64,000 nucleotides of DNA from Candidatus Poribacteria bacterium. GTDB taxonomy: Bacteria > Poribacteria > WGA-4E > UBA9662. A model generated the notes under the pieces. It was not told where the DNA came from. It worked only from the letters and a program-made list of their open reading frames with translations, and ran no database searches. The stretch covers positions 1-64,000 of the forward strand of contig JAYGDX010000063.1 in the NCBI GenBank assembly GCA_046582655.1, written 5' to 3'. Position numbers and translations under genes: made by a program. This document shows, piece by piece, positions 1 through 8,902 of this stretch (position 1 is its first letter; every line of letters begins with the position of its first letter).

Positions 1-272
1 ATGAGAAAGTGGCCAAGGCACTGGAGTGCGACTACTATTTTGCTCCTCCGTACTCCTGTTGGCAGCCTGGACTGAACGAGAACACCAATGGTTTGATCCG
101 TCAGTTCTTGCCCAAGAAGAGCCGGTTTGAGGAGGTTACGGAGAGATTAGTAAAGAGAGTCAAGGGTTGCTTAACAGGAGGCCCAGAAAGAGCCTTGGAT
201 ACGAAACGCCTACAGAGCTGTTTTTGGGGAAATCATTGGGAGCGAATTTTGCGTTTCAGAGTTGAATCCGCC
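1..272 (+). mobile_element. IS30-family insertion sequence, 3' part (frameshifted transposase C-terminus plus right end)
   Basis: YYFAPPYSCWQPGLNENTNGLIRQFLPK resembles the IS30 DDE C-terminus. After a frameshift near 165-172 it continues LNRRPRKSLGYETPTELF...FAFQS* (TGA 263-265). It ends in GCGTTTCAGAGTTGAATCCGCC, an IS30-type terminal sequence. Confidence 0.85.
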
Positions 273-286
273 AACTTAAATACAGG
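273..286. repeat. Half copy of island dyad repeat (AACTTAAATACAGG) abutting the IS30 end
   Basis: Near-identical to AACTTAAATATAGG at 6537-6550 (1 mismatch). Confidence 0.7.
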
Positions 287-793
287 ATGAATGTCATGAT
301 TAAGAGATTAGTTGTTGTTTTACTGGTAATGATGGTCTTTATTAGTTGTGGCGAAGATGAACCTGAGAAGGTTAAGCTGCAAGAGGTTGTTGATGAAAAA
401 GAGGTTGTTGATAAAGGGCCTAAGAAAAGAATCATTTGGGAGAAGGACAGTGCCGAAATGGTGCTGATCCCAGCTGGATCCTTTGAGATGGGGGGTCATT
501 TCAATGAGGGATTGGCTCGTGAACGCCCTGTGCACATGGTGAAACTGGATGTTTTCTATATGGATAAAGATGAAGTGACAGTTCGGAAATCCAGGAAGTT
601 CGTTAGGGAAACAGGTTATGAATACGATCGTTGGAACGATGTGGCTGAGTCTTCACCAACGTCTAAACACCCTATGATCTTTGTAAATTGGCATGAAGCA
701 GAGTGGGAGTCCTTGACTGAAGTACGGAAATCCAGTAAAATAAGTTGTAGTTCGTTTAACCATGAAGAGTTACCAGACCATTGGATAGAATAA
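287..793 (+). pseudogene. FGE-sulfatase (SUMF1/EgtB/PvdO family) domain lipoprotein, internally deleted and truncated
   Basis: Lipobox FISC; MVLIPAGSFEMG, ERPVHMVKLDVFYMDKDEVT, HPMIFVNW motifs. VNWHEAEWE lacks the usual intervening 'AYC..RLPT' segment and the C-terminal half is absent. Confidence 0.75.
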
Positions 794-915
794 GCTAATG
801 AGTAGAGGCGAACCTCGAAGTGCACCTTTCGTAGGGCGTGAAGAAACAAAGGTCAACCGGTATATTTCCTTTGTCTATTCACAAGCCCCAGAGGTGATGT
901 AATGGATAGGTCGAT

Positions 916-2694
916 ATGAATATCCGCTCGTATGCAAATGGTGTCCCGATCATACTTCCGGATGGAACGGAGTTTCCGTTCTGGCAGGATGAGACAGAGT
1001 ACCGCAGAATGTACTATGTAGATCAGCAGCATCCGGGGGCGTCGGATGGCAATTCGGGTACTGAAGAGGCACCATTTCTCACGATTCAGCGTGCCGCGGA
1101 GGTCGTAGAGCCAGCAGAAAAGGTTCTGATCAAGTCGGGGATTTACCGCGAGTGGGTTCAACCTCGACGCAGCGGCAATGGTGCGGATGAAATGATTAGT
1201 TTTGAGGCTGCGCCGGGCGCAGAGGCGATCATCCGCGGTTCCCAGGTACTGAGCGCAAGGTGGACGAATTCGGATGTGGCCAGGTCGGTGAGTGTATGGG
1301 CGGTGGATCTGCCCGAGGAATTCTTCGAAGGTGATCATCCTTTTGCCGTGGTCAATACTACGGAAGAGGATTTCGAGATCATGCGCTGGGCGCGCGGTGA
1401 GCGCGGAAGGATCCCTCACATATTGCCCCGGGCCATGGTTTTTCAGAACGGTCGACGTTTGATTCAACTAGGGTCGTGTGATGAGTTACCCAGGGTCGCT
1501 GGAGCATTCTGGATCGACGTTGCCCACCATAAACTGCATTTGAACCCGTTCGACCGCACTAATCCCAATAAGGTGGTTATGGAGGTGACCACCCGACAGT
1601 ATCTGTTCAATCCGCAGGTAAAGGGGTTGGGGTATATCCGGATCAAGGGGTTGACTTTTGAGCATGCGGGCAATGGGTTCATTCGTTCTGGAAATGGCGC
1701 GGTGACGACATGGGGTGGGAACCACTGGATCATCGAAGATAACACGGTTCGCCAGATCAATGCCGTGGCTATCGAAATCGGTGCATTCACCGATGAGCGG
1801 TCGGAAAGTGGGGATCGGGAGGTGTTGGAGAAGAGGACGGGCGGCCATTTGGTCCGGGGCAATCATGTATCCGATTGCGGTACGGGTGGCATTCAGGGGA
1901 CCGTGGTCTCACGAAGCCTGGTGACCAACAATCACATCCACGATTGCGGCTGGCAGGAAGTGCAGTCCTATCTGGAAACGGGAGGCATCAAAATTCTGCT
2001 CACGCTGGATTCGGTGGTGCAGTGCAATTATATTCATCACTGTCATGCTGCTCCCGGAATCTGGATCGATTGTGCGAATCGCAATTCACGGGTATGCCGA
2101 AATTTGCTACACGACATCGCCGCGGCTAACGGGGCGATCTTTTTTGAGGCATCGAATGCTCCCAACCAAATCGACCACAATATCATCTACAACGTGGAGG
2201 GGGGGAGTGGCATTTACCAGCGGGACTGTAATCAGCTTCTAATTGCTCACAATCTGATACAGAATTGCAGTGCTGCCGGGGTGCGTATGCGGAAAACTCA
2301 GCATCGGGACCGGGTGGGCGTCTGCAAAAATAACCGCGTGGTTAACAATATTATCGCCAGTTGCCCGGTGGCATTTGACTATGAGATCATGGAGAATATC
2401 TCCAATTATAACCTCCTCTCCAATATTGGTGAGGACTTTAGCCTGGGTGAGTGGCAGGCAACCGGTCTGGATATCGATAGCCGCATGGCAGAGCTCAATT
2501 TGGTGATGGATCCCAGGGACCAGTGTTTGACCTGGTCGTCTCAGGCCGATGCGGTGCTGAGAGTGCGCCGTGATGAGTATCAGAGCCTCGACTATTTTGG
2601 TCGTTCCTATCCTGGAGTTGAAATCCCAGTGGGTCCTTTCACCGAAGGTTGGAGTTCAGTATGTCGGCGCCTGCGACTCACGCCCAATTCGTAA
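916..2694 (+). CDS. Right-handed parallel beta-helix repeat protein (DUF1565-like N-terminus; pectin-lyase fold)
   Basis: 592 aa; YYVDQQHPGASDGNSGTEEAPFLTIQRAA motif and repeated 'IEDNTVR/VRGNHVSDCG/VTNNHIHDCG' coils; GC-richer than flanks. Confidence 0.8.
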   Translation: MNIRSYANGVPIILPDGTEFPFWQDETEYRRMYYVDQQHPGASDGNSGTEEAPFLTIQRAAEVVEPAEKVLIKSGIYREWVQPRRSGNGADEMISFEAAPGAEAIIRGSQVLSARWTNSDVARSVSVWAVDLPEEFFEGDHPFAVVNTTEEDFEIMRWARGERGRIPHILPRAMVFQNGRRLIQLGSCDELPRVAGAFWIDVAHHKLHLNPFDRTNPNKVVMEVTTRQYLFNPQVKGLGYIRIKGLTFEHAGNGFIRSGNGAVTTWGGNHWIIEDNTVRQINAVAIEIGAFTDERSESGDREVLEKRTGGHLVRGNHVSDCGTGGIQGTVVSRSLVTNNHIHDCGWQEVQSYLETGGIKILLTLDSVVQCNYIHHCHAAPGIWIDCANRNSRVCRNLLHDIAAANGAIFFEASNAPNQIDHNIIYNVEGGSGIYQRDCNQLLIAHNLIQNCSAAGVRMRKTQHRDRVGVCKNNRVVNNIIASCPVAFDYEIMENISNYNLLSNIGEDFSLGEWQATGLDIDSRMAELNLVMDPRDQCLTWSSQADAVLRVRRDEYQSLDYFGRSYPGVEIPVGPFTEGWSSVCRRLRLTPNS

Positions 2695-2809
2695 GCGATC
2701 CCGGAAACCTGCCAACGCCAACCCGCTATAATATGGCGGTATTTGCTCCGCAGGAGACACCGGCAGCTCGATGTCCTAAAGCTCACCGATTACCAGGAGT
2801 CCAAACCTC

Positions 2810-3504
2810 ATGCGAATTCTCGTCACTGGAGCGGCGGGCCAAGTCGGCAGCACCGTAGCCCGCGGTCTGAGAAAGCGCCACCAAGTGCGGGGTCACGACC
2901 GCATACCCATGCCTGAACTCGATGACACCATAGTCAGCGACCTGAATGATTTTGATGCGGTCCTAGAGGCGACTCGCGGTATGGATGGAGTAGCTCACAT
3001 CGGCGGCTTGCCGGGGGACGATGAGTGGGAGCCTATCCACCAGAGCAATATCGTCGGCACATACAATGTGTTCGAGGCCTGTCGTCGCAACGGTGTCAAG
3101 CGAGTGGCCTTCGCAAGCCATGTCGGCGTGCTGAGTCAGTATCCACGGGGTATCACTCTCACGGTTGATATCGTATCCACCCCCGTCGGGTTCTACACGA
3201 TTAGCAAGGTTTTCGGTGAATCGATCGCCTATTCGTATGCTCGTGAGCACGACATGGGTTGTGTCTGCGTCCGCATTGGTAGCTTTAATCTAGCCCGAGA
3301 CCAGCCCCCGAACACTCTCTCCATCTAAGGCCACACGGCGACTGTCTGCGGGTCTTCGAGCAGGCCCTGGTACACTCCAGCGTAACCTTTGCGGTTGTCT
3401 TCGAGGTCTCGGACAGCAACTGGCCACTCTCTGATCTGGAACATGGCCGCCAGGTAATCGGGTACTACCCGCAGGATCGGTCGTTAGTTCCTGAGGATCG
3501 ATAG
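2810..3504 (+). pseudogene. NAD-dependent epimerase/dehydratase (uronate dehydrogenase-like), frameshifted
   Basis: GAAGQVG Rossmann motif, YTISK catalytic motif. Frameshift at the C-run ~3305-3309; the C-terminus continues in another frame as EHSLHLRPHGDCLRVFEQAL...VSDSNW...GYYPQD to TAG at 3502-3504. Confidence 0.75.
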
Positions 3505-3521
3505 GAACTAGGTCTGGCTCC

Positions 3522-3641
3522 GGCAACCAGGGCCTGAAGGGGAAGGATGTCGCGGCCAACGGGCAGACGACCCTGGAGCTGCACTACGACGGAACCACAG
3601 CGCTCCGGGGCTTTGGCGCTAGGCTGGAGTTTGATCCGAGT
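3522..3641 (+). pseudogene. Orphan fragment resembling the start of a cohesin-like domain
   Basis: Reads GNQGLKGKDVAANGQTTLELHYDGTTALRGFGARLEFDPS; 'L.GF...L.FDP' resembles cohesin strands 2-3; no start codon. Confidence 0.4.
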
Positions 3642-4047
3642 ATCAGAGCAGGTACCACATCCTTTCCCATCTGCCCTAATGCCTCTGCCGCAGAATTACG
3701 GACATCCATATCCTGATCCTTCAACTCCCCGATTAATCTTTCAATCTTTTGTTTTTGCAATGCATTAAGTACTTCAAGGTGCACCACCTATCCTCTTTAA
3801 TGCCCCCTGTCGTAATACGACGAACATATTCTCCTTGTCCTGTAATAGTTGTCTCAAAGCAGGCACAGCATCCTTTGCACCTTCTCCTATAGAACTTAAT
3901 GCAAATGCCACATTTGAACGAACATTAGGATCCTCGTCCTGTGATTGTTTGATTAGTTTTTTGACCTTCTGTTCTTGGTTTCATATCCACCAACCCACAT
4001 ACCGACCAATCCAACAAAGACAGACATTTAGTATTCATCTTTCGCAT
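3640..4047 (-). pseudogene. HEAT/PBS-lyase repeat protein remnant
   Basis: Out-of-frame pieces LIKQSQDEDPNVRSNVAFALSSIGEGAKDAVPALRQLLQD and LIGELKDQDMDVRNSAAEALGQMGKDVVPALI. Confidence 0.75.
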
Positions 4048-4092
4048 ATAAGCGTTTGTTTTTGATCTTGTGGTATCTATCCGATAATCAGG

Positions 4093-4134
4093 ATTGTATT
4101 TAAGTTATAATTTAAGCACAATTGTTAGATTGTG
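4093..4134. repeat. Island dyad repeat copy (ATTGTATTTAA-GTTATAAT-TTAAGCACAAT plus tail)
   Basis: 11-bp imperfect inverted arms around an 8-bp spacer; 32/38 identical to 7994-8031 by manual alignment. Confidence 0.75.
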
Positions 4135-4274
4135 CAATGTTTGCTATAGTGCTATAAGTCTGTCAACTGATTTTGAGCCAAATCCTTTTTTGGCAGAGAA
4201 CTCAGTCCAACATGATTCTATCGAAACGATTATTGACAAGATCGATTTGAGTTTTAATTCTGGAGGTAACAATC

Positions 4275-5036
4275 ATGAGGATTACTCGGATGTCTCTTTT
4301 AACGCTGATGTTTCTCATTGGGCCTTTGATCGGATACGGGCAAGATGTTAAGCCAGTCTTGGCACTCTCGTTCGATGACGGTCAGGGGAAAGTCGCCCGT
4401 GACCTGTCTGAAAACGGGTTTGATGGCAAGGTAGGCGGAGCGAAATGGGTAGGGGGGAAATTTGGCCAGGCATTGGAATTTGATGGTGAAGACGATTTTG
4501 TCGAAGTTGATGATGCCCCGGAACTCCGCCTGCTCGGGGGGCACGTTAATGGCGTGGGCTTTCATCAAAGGAGAAAAAGGGCACCCGTCTTGGCCAAGAA
4601 TCATCATTAAATCGAATACGAACGGCGGTTCACATGGGTATGATTTCCTTTTCGACCGTAATGCAGGATACTCGTTACGGTTTTGCATCGGCGGCTCCTG
4701 CGATTCCTATTTTCCTCTTAAACTTAAGACATGGTATCACTTGGCAGCAGCTTTTGACGGTAAAAAATTCACATTTACGTGAATAGAGATGAAGTTGGAA
4801 AAAGAGCGCAACCGGGAGCCTCCATCGACACAACCGACCTTGTCATACATATAGGGAATTCGCCCAATGGGCAGAGACAATTCCAAGGCGTCCTCGACGA
4901 GATCCGTATTTTTCCCTCCGCTCTGACGAAAGACGATATCGTTTGGCACATGGAACGAGGCACGTTTGAGGTGTTCTCCATAGACCTGCGTGGTAAGGTC
5001 ACAACAACATGGGCAAAGATAAGAAATCAAATTTGA
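4275..5036 (+). pseudogene. Secreted LamG-like jellyroll protein, two frameshifts
   Basis: Signal peptide; GKFGQALEFDGEDDFVEV, WYHLAAAFDG, FQGVLDEIRIF and the tail DLRGKVTTTWAKIR are split over three frames, with shifts at the G-run 4536-4541 and the A-run 4762-4767. Confidence 0.8.
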
Positions 5037-5207
5037 CTTGTCCTGACCCAGATTTAGTTTGGATTTAAACCAGACAAAATAACTGTTGGCCTACTTGACC
5101 AGATGAAAGTGTCACGCAATGGTTACATGACGGTGGTTTTCTGAGGAAATTCTGTGGCAGACACTATGGTAGAAACAACGATAAAATCTATGGAATACTT
5201 ACCTCAA

Positions 5208-5231
5208 GTTGTATTTTAGTTTTAACTGCTA
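5208..5231. repeat. Degenerate island dyad copy lacking its right arm
   Basis: CTCAAGTTGTATTTTA-GTTTTAAC-TGCTA matches the flanks, left arm and spacer of the 7982-8024 copy, with the right arm missing. Confidence 0.5.
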
Positions 5232-5234
5232 ATG

Positions 5235-6023
5235 TTAATGGCAAGCTCGGATTTTAGCCCAAACCGTGGTCAGTTTACCCGTTGCTTCTACACTGGTATC
5301 GCCGCTTAGGATAGTCGCTAGACTCTTAGTAGCTAAAGATTTGATATGGGTCGCCGATAAAGTGGTATTAAAAATGGCAAACTCGTCAATTTCCCCTTGG
5401 TAGTCACGCCCACCACCATTCCAGGAACCAATTCGGGCAGGCCCCAGTATAGCTGGGCCAACTGATGTATACTTGCCTTCGCTGTTCAATTCACCATTAA
5501 TATAAAATTTAACGGTTTTCTGGGAAGCACTGTAGACAACGGCAATGTGATTCCATTTGTTCTTCTGCTTATCGTCAATCAGTAACTTAGCTTGGACATC
5601 AGTTGGTGTGTTAGTGTGGATGGACCACCCAATTTGGTTGCCAGGATATAGCTGGTGATGAACAGCTCCTTTTTGCCAGCCATCCACATTAATCCAGACC
5701 CGCCAAGCACCAATTCGACCCGTACATTTTGACCAGTGTGCGACTGTCACTTCATTCATCGAAACGAGTTTAGGCGTAATCACACCATCACCCTTGCCAG
5801 ACAGGCTAATCGCTTTGCCAAATTTACCCACAACAAAAGTCGTTTTACCTAATTTCTTGCCATCATTGCCGTTATCAGTCATGTCTTTGAAGTTTCCCTC
5901 AAAAGACTACGCGGCGACGGCAGAATCCTTTAAACCTTGGGCCTCAGCGAAACCGACAATTTGAGTCGAAATGAGCATAAGGCATAGAGCAAAAATAGCA
6001 ACTAAAATCAACCTTTTGAACAT
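5235..6023 (-). pseudogene. Secreted LamG-like jellyroll protein with an in-frame stop
   Basis: ATG at 6023 with GGAGA RBS and signal peptide MFKRLILVAIFALCLML; in-frame TAG at 5907-5909; downstream WNHIAVVYS, YQGEIDEFAIFN, tail VEATGKLTTVWAKIR. Confidence 0.8.
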
Positions 6024-6137
6024 GATTGAATCTCCTTTATCTTGTTTCTGTGTTAGAGTAGAATCTCGTGTGATTTTGTGCGAACCGTTTTAATGGTATC
6101 AGATTTACAAGTTTTTTCAGGTTTTTGTCTAATAAAC

Positions 6138-6290
6138 ATGGACCATTCAATGCAGTTACAAGCCATGTTGACTAAGCAATCAGAACAAGCTCAGTTGCAA
6201 ATTGAAGACCTAAGTGAACCTAAAACTGTTTGGCAGAGACTCAGAACAGTCTTCAGGGCTTGGCAAGAGGATAGATCTGAGCTATCATAA
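6138..6290 (+). pseudogene. C-terminal remnant of a coiled-coil protein (DUF536-like tail)
   Basis: MDHSMQLQAMLTKQSEQAQLQIEDLSEPKTVWQRLRTVF; similar to the remnant at 8547-8750. Confidence 0.4.
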
Positions 6291-6519
6291 AATCCTAACT
6301 TATTGTGAGGAGGAAGGATTGCTTGATAAGTATAGGAACAGATCTTGGCCTCACAAGATGAAGAAACAACAGTGCAAAAAGTATAGGCATTCGGGTGAAT
6401 CTAAATCCAAAATACCTGATGATGCCGCTAAATAATTAATAATCTGGCGTGTCTGATCAAAATGCTATCCATTGTGCCATTTTTTATTATCTCGCTACCT
6501 AATCAGTTTTTTTACTTAG

Positions 6520-6550
6520 CCTGTACTTAAGTTAAAAACTTAAATATAGG
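6520..6550. repeat. Island dyad repeat copy (CCTGTACTTAA-GTTAAAAAC-TTAAATATAGG)
   Basis: 11-bp imperfect inverted arms, 9-bp spacer; opposite orientation to the 4093 and 7990 copies. Confidence 0.75.
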
Positions 6551-6679
6551 TTTTGATTGCTAACAATTTTGTTTAATCTTATTTAGGTTAGTAAAATCAC
6601 CTACAGTGAAAAGGAATATGACAAATGAACAAATTTTTGAAGCTGAATTCTAAAGGTTCCAGTAGAAACGGAGGTTACT

Positions 6680-7771
6680 ATGCAAGCTGCTGTCCTATTT
6701 GAGCCTGGTAAGCCGTTAGAAGTGGAGGATCTGGATCTTGCTCCGCCTCAGGAAGATGAGATTGTCGTTGGGATGGCCGCCAGCGGTGTCTGTCACAGCT
6801 GTCTGCACACTGCAGATGGAAGTTGGACCGGTTTTCCCATGCCGATTGTTCTAGGGGATGAGGGAGCTGGAGTGGTCGAGGAGGTGGGTTCCGGCGTGAA
6901 ACATCTGAAACCCGGAGATCACGTCATTCTATCGTGGTCACCGACCTGCGGTCAGTGTCATTACTGCGTAACAGGACGCTCGCAACTTTGCGAGCGGACG
7001 GTGCCTGTGCTCGGCGGGCTGTTTGATGGCACGACGAGAATGTCGCTGAGGGGCAAGCCCGTCTATCACTACGGCCACGTGGCCTCCTACGCGTCCCACT
7101 CGGTCGTTCCCGCCTCGTGCGCTATCCCGATCCGCGATGATATGGATCTTAGAAAAGCGGCCCTAATTGGGTGCTCAGTGATGACTGGCGTTGGTGCTGT
7201 TCTGAACACAGCGCAAGTACCTGCGGGTGCGAGCATGGTTGTTTTCGGAGTCGGTGGGATTGGATTGAACTGTATTCAGGGAGGCGCGCTTATGGCTGCG
7301 AACCCGATCATTGCGGTGGACGTGAACGGGAACAAGTTCGACTACGCGAAACAGCTCGGTGCCACACACTGTGTGGACGCCTCGGTGGACGATCCGGTGG
7401 AAGCGATCAAGGATCTCACCAGGCGAGGAGCCGACTACGCATTTGTCGCCGTCGGTGTGGCGGATGTGATCAAGCAGGCGTGGGAGTGTCTGGCACCTGC
7501 GGGAACCAGTGTTCTGATTGGCCTTCCACCGACAGGGTCCACTGTGACGTTCGACACGGGGATACTACAGGCGGACGAGAAAGTCATGCGAGGTTGCAAA
7601 TACGGTAGCGCACGGACTCGTGAAGACTTTCCACGCCTAGTTGAACTCTACATGGCGGGAAAGCTAAAGATCGATGAGCTGATCACGCATGAATACACGA
7701 TCGAAGAATCAAACGAAGCATTCCGGGCGCTGGCAGCGGGTGAACTGGCGCGGGGGATGATTGTCTTCTAA
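6680..7771 (+). CDS. Zn-dependent alcohol dehydrogenase (MDR, class III-like)
   Basis: GVCHS, GDEGAGVV, structural-Zn CGQCHYC...C, GVGGIG NAD motif; GGAGG RBS; GC-richer than flanks. Confidence 0.92.
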   Translation: MQAAVLFEPGKPLEVEDLDLAPPQEDEIVVGMAASGVCHSCLHTADGSWTGFPMPIVLGDEGAGVVEEVGSGVKHLKPGDHVILSWSPTCGQCHYCVTGRSQLCERTVPVLGGLFDGTTRMSLRGKPVYHYGHVASYASHSVVPASCAIPIRDDMDLRKAALIGCSVMTGVGAVLNTAQVPAGASMVVFGVGGIGLNCIQGGALMAANPIIAVDVNGNKFDYAKQLGATHCVDASVDDPVEAIKDLTRRGADYAFVAVGVADVIKQAWECLAPAGTSVLIGLPPTGSTVTFDTGILQADEKVMRGCKYGSARTREDFPRLVELYMAGKLKIDELITHEYTIEESNEAFRALAAGELARGMIVF

Positions 7772-7989
7772 TACGGTTGCGAGGTACCTGCTGGCTTTAC
7801 TCACCTCCCTACAACTTCCGGAATGCTCTGTTGATTTGTAGTCTTCATCTTTCCACACTTTGGCCAGTAACATTTCCACCAAATCTCCATTGTTTGTTCC
7901 AGAAGAAACCCAAGGAAACAGCCATGATATGACTCTTTATATCTGGTCAAGAAGTGATGGTTCCGCCTGATACTATTGTGTCTCAAGTT

Positions 7990-8031
7990 GTTTTATTTAA
8001 GTTAAAACTTAAGTTCAACTGCTAGATTGTG
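7990..8031. repeat. Island dyad repeat copy (GTTTTATTTAA-GTTAAAAC-TTAAGTTCAAC plus tail)
   Basis: 11-8-11 dyad; shares the TG(C/T)TAGATTGTG tail with the 4093 copy. Confidence 0.75.
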
Positions 8032-8546
8032 TGTGAATACTTCCTACTTTAAAAGCTAGAAAATATTTGAGTTTGGTTTTTTCGTCTTTAGTTTCAGAAA
8101 ACAAGTTAATGGATAATCATAACATAAAAAAACTTTAGTATTTTCCTTGAACAGATACTACTTAAATTGACTGCAAACTTCTTAGTTGAGCTCGGCGCTG
8201 TAGTTAGATAGGAAGGCTTGTTATTTTTTGGTGCACACCTCGGCTAAATAATGGTTTTGCCTTACAAACTATTTTACAATGGGTATGTGATGGTAATGGT
8301 TCTGACGAAATTCGAGTAATGGAAGAAGAGATGGCTGAAAACAAAGTTAAGCAGTTAGAGAAATATTTTAAAGTCATTACAGAGAGTTTAATATAGATCT
8401 GGTATTAGTGTGAGGTGAACTGATGAGAATAATAATTGGATTGTTATTGTTTGCTACTTCGTTTGTATTGGTTGCCCAAGAATACGGAGGATTAAGTGCC
8501 TCTCTGTATGAGGAGTTATCTAGCTTTTCCTGATTTGCGTGAAAGA

Positions 8547-8750
8547 TTATGTGGTTAGTTTAGATGGAATGAAAACTTCTCGAATACAGGCGAATACTGA
8601 GCGATTGCGGTGTATGTCATCGATCTGCAATTGTTTTGACTTGATGGTTTTCTGGCTGACAGCGTGTAGTTGCTGTTCCTAATCGAGAGCCTGTTGCAGT
8701 TTGTCTATTTGTAGGTCTTTAGTTTCAAGTTGTTGTCGTAGATGCTGGCA
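8547..8750 (-). pseudogene. C-terminal remnant of a coiled-coil protein (DUF536-like), in-frame stop
   Basis: CQHLRQQLETKDLQIDKLQQALD*EQQLHAVSQKTIKSKQLQIDDIHRNRSVFACIREVF; TAG at 8679-8681. Confidence 0.5.
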
Positions 8751-8902
8751 TCTATGATTAACCAATCAACCTGATCCGATAGGTTGGACGTTATGCCCAG
8801 CACAGTGTCCAGTTTGATTTTCCAATGGCCGTTGGATTTGCTGGCGGTGAGCTTACCACATTCTACAGATAACTCGGGGGAGCGATCTGTCTAGGGGGAA
8901 AT

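Noticed and set aside
287..793. FGE-sulfatase gene as a diversity-generating retroelement target
   Set aside because: No reverse transcriptase or template repeat in the window, and the C-terminal variable region is missing.
853..2506. Overlapping alternative-frame and antisense ORFs within the beta-helix gene
   Set aside because: Shadow ORFs typical of GC-rich coding DNA; no recognisable motifs.
5907..5909. In-frame TAG (also 8679-8681) as stop-codon recoding or pyrrolysine
   Set aside because: TAG terminates many intact core genes here (e.g. rng, rplU, infB) and these cases lie among obvious pseudogenes.
273..8031. Dyad repeats as a CRISPR array or integron attC sites
   Set aside because: Copies are kilobases apart with no regular spacers or cas genes. 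They lack the RYYYAAC...GTTRRRY outer boxes and long stem of attC, and no integrase is in the window.
7801..8540. Short ORFs and a signal-peptide-like stub (MRIIIGLLLFATSF, ~8423)
   Set aside because: Too short and degraded to assign; probably remnants but not supportable as features.
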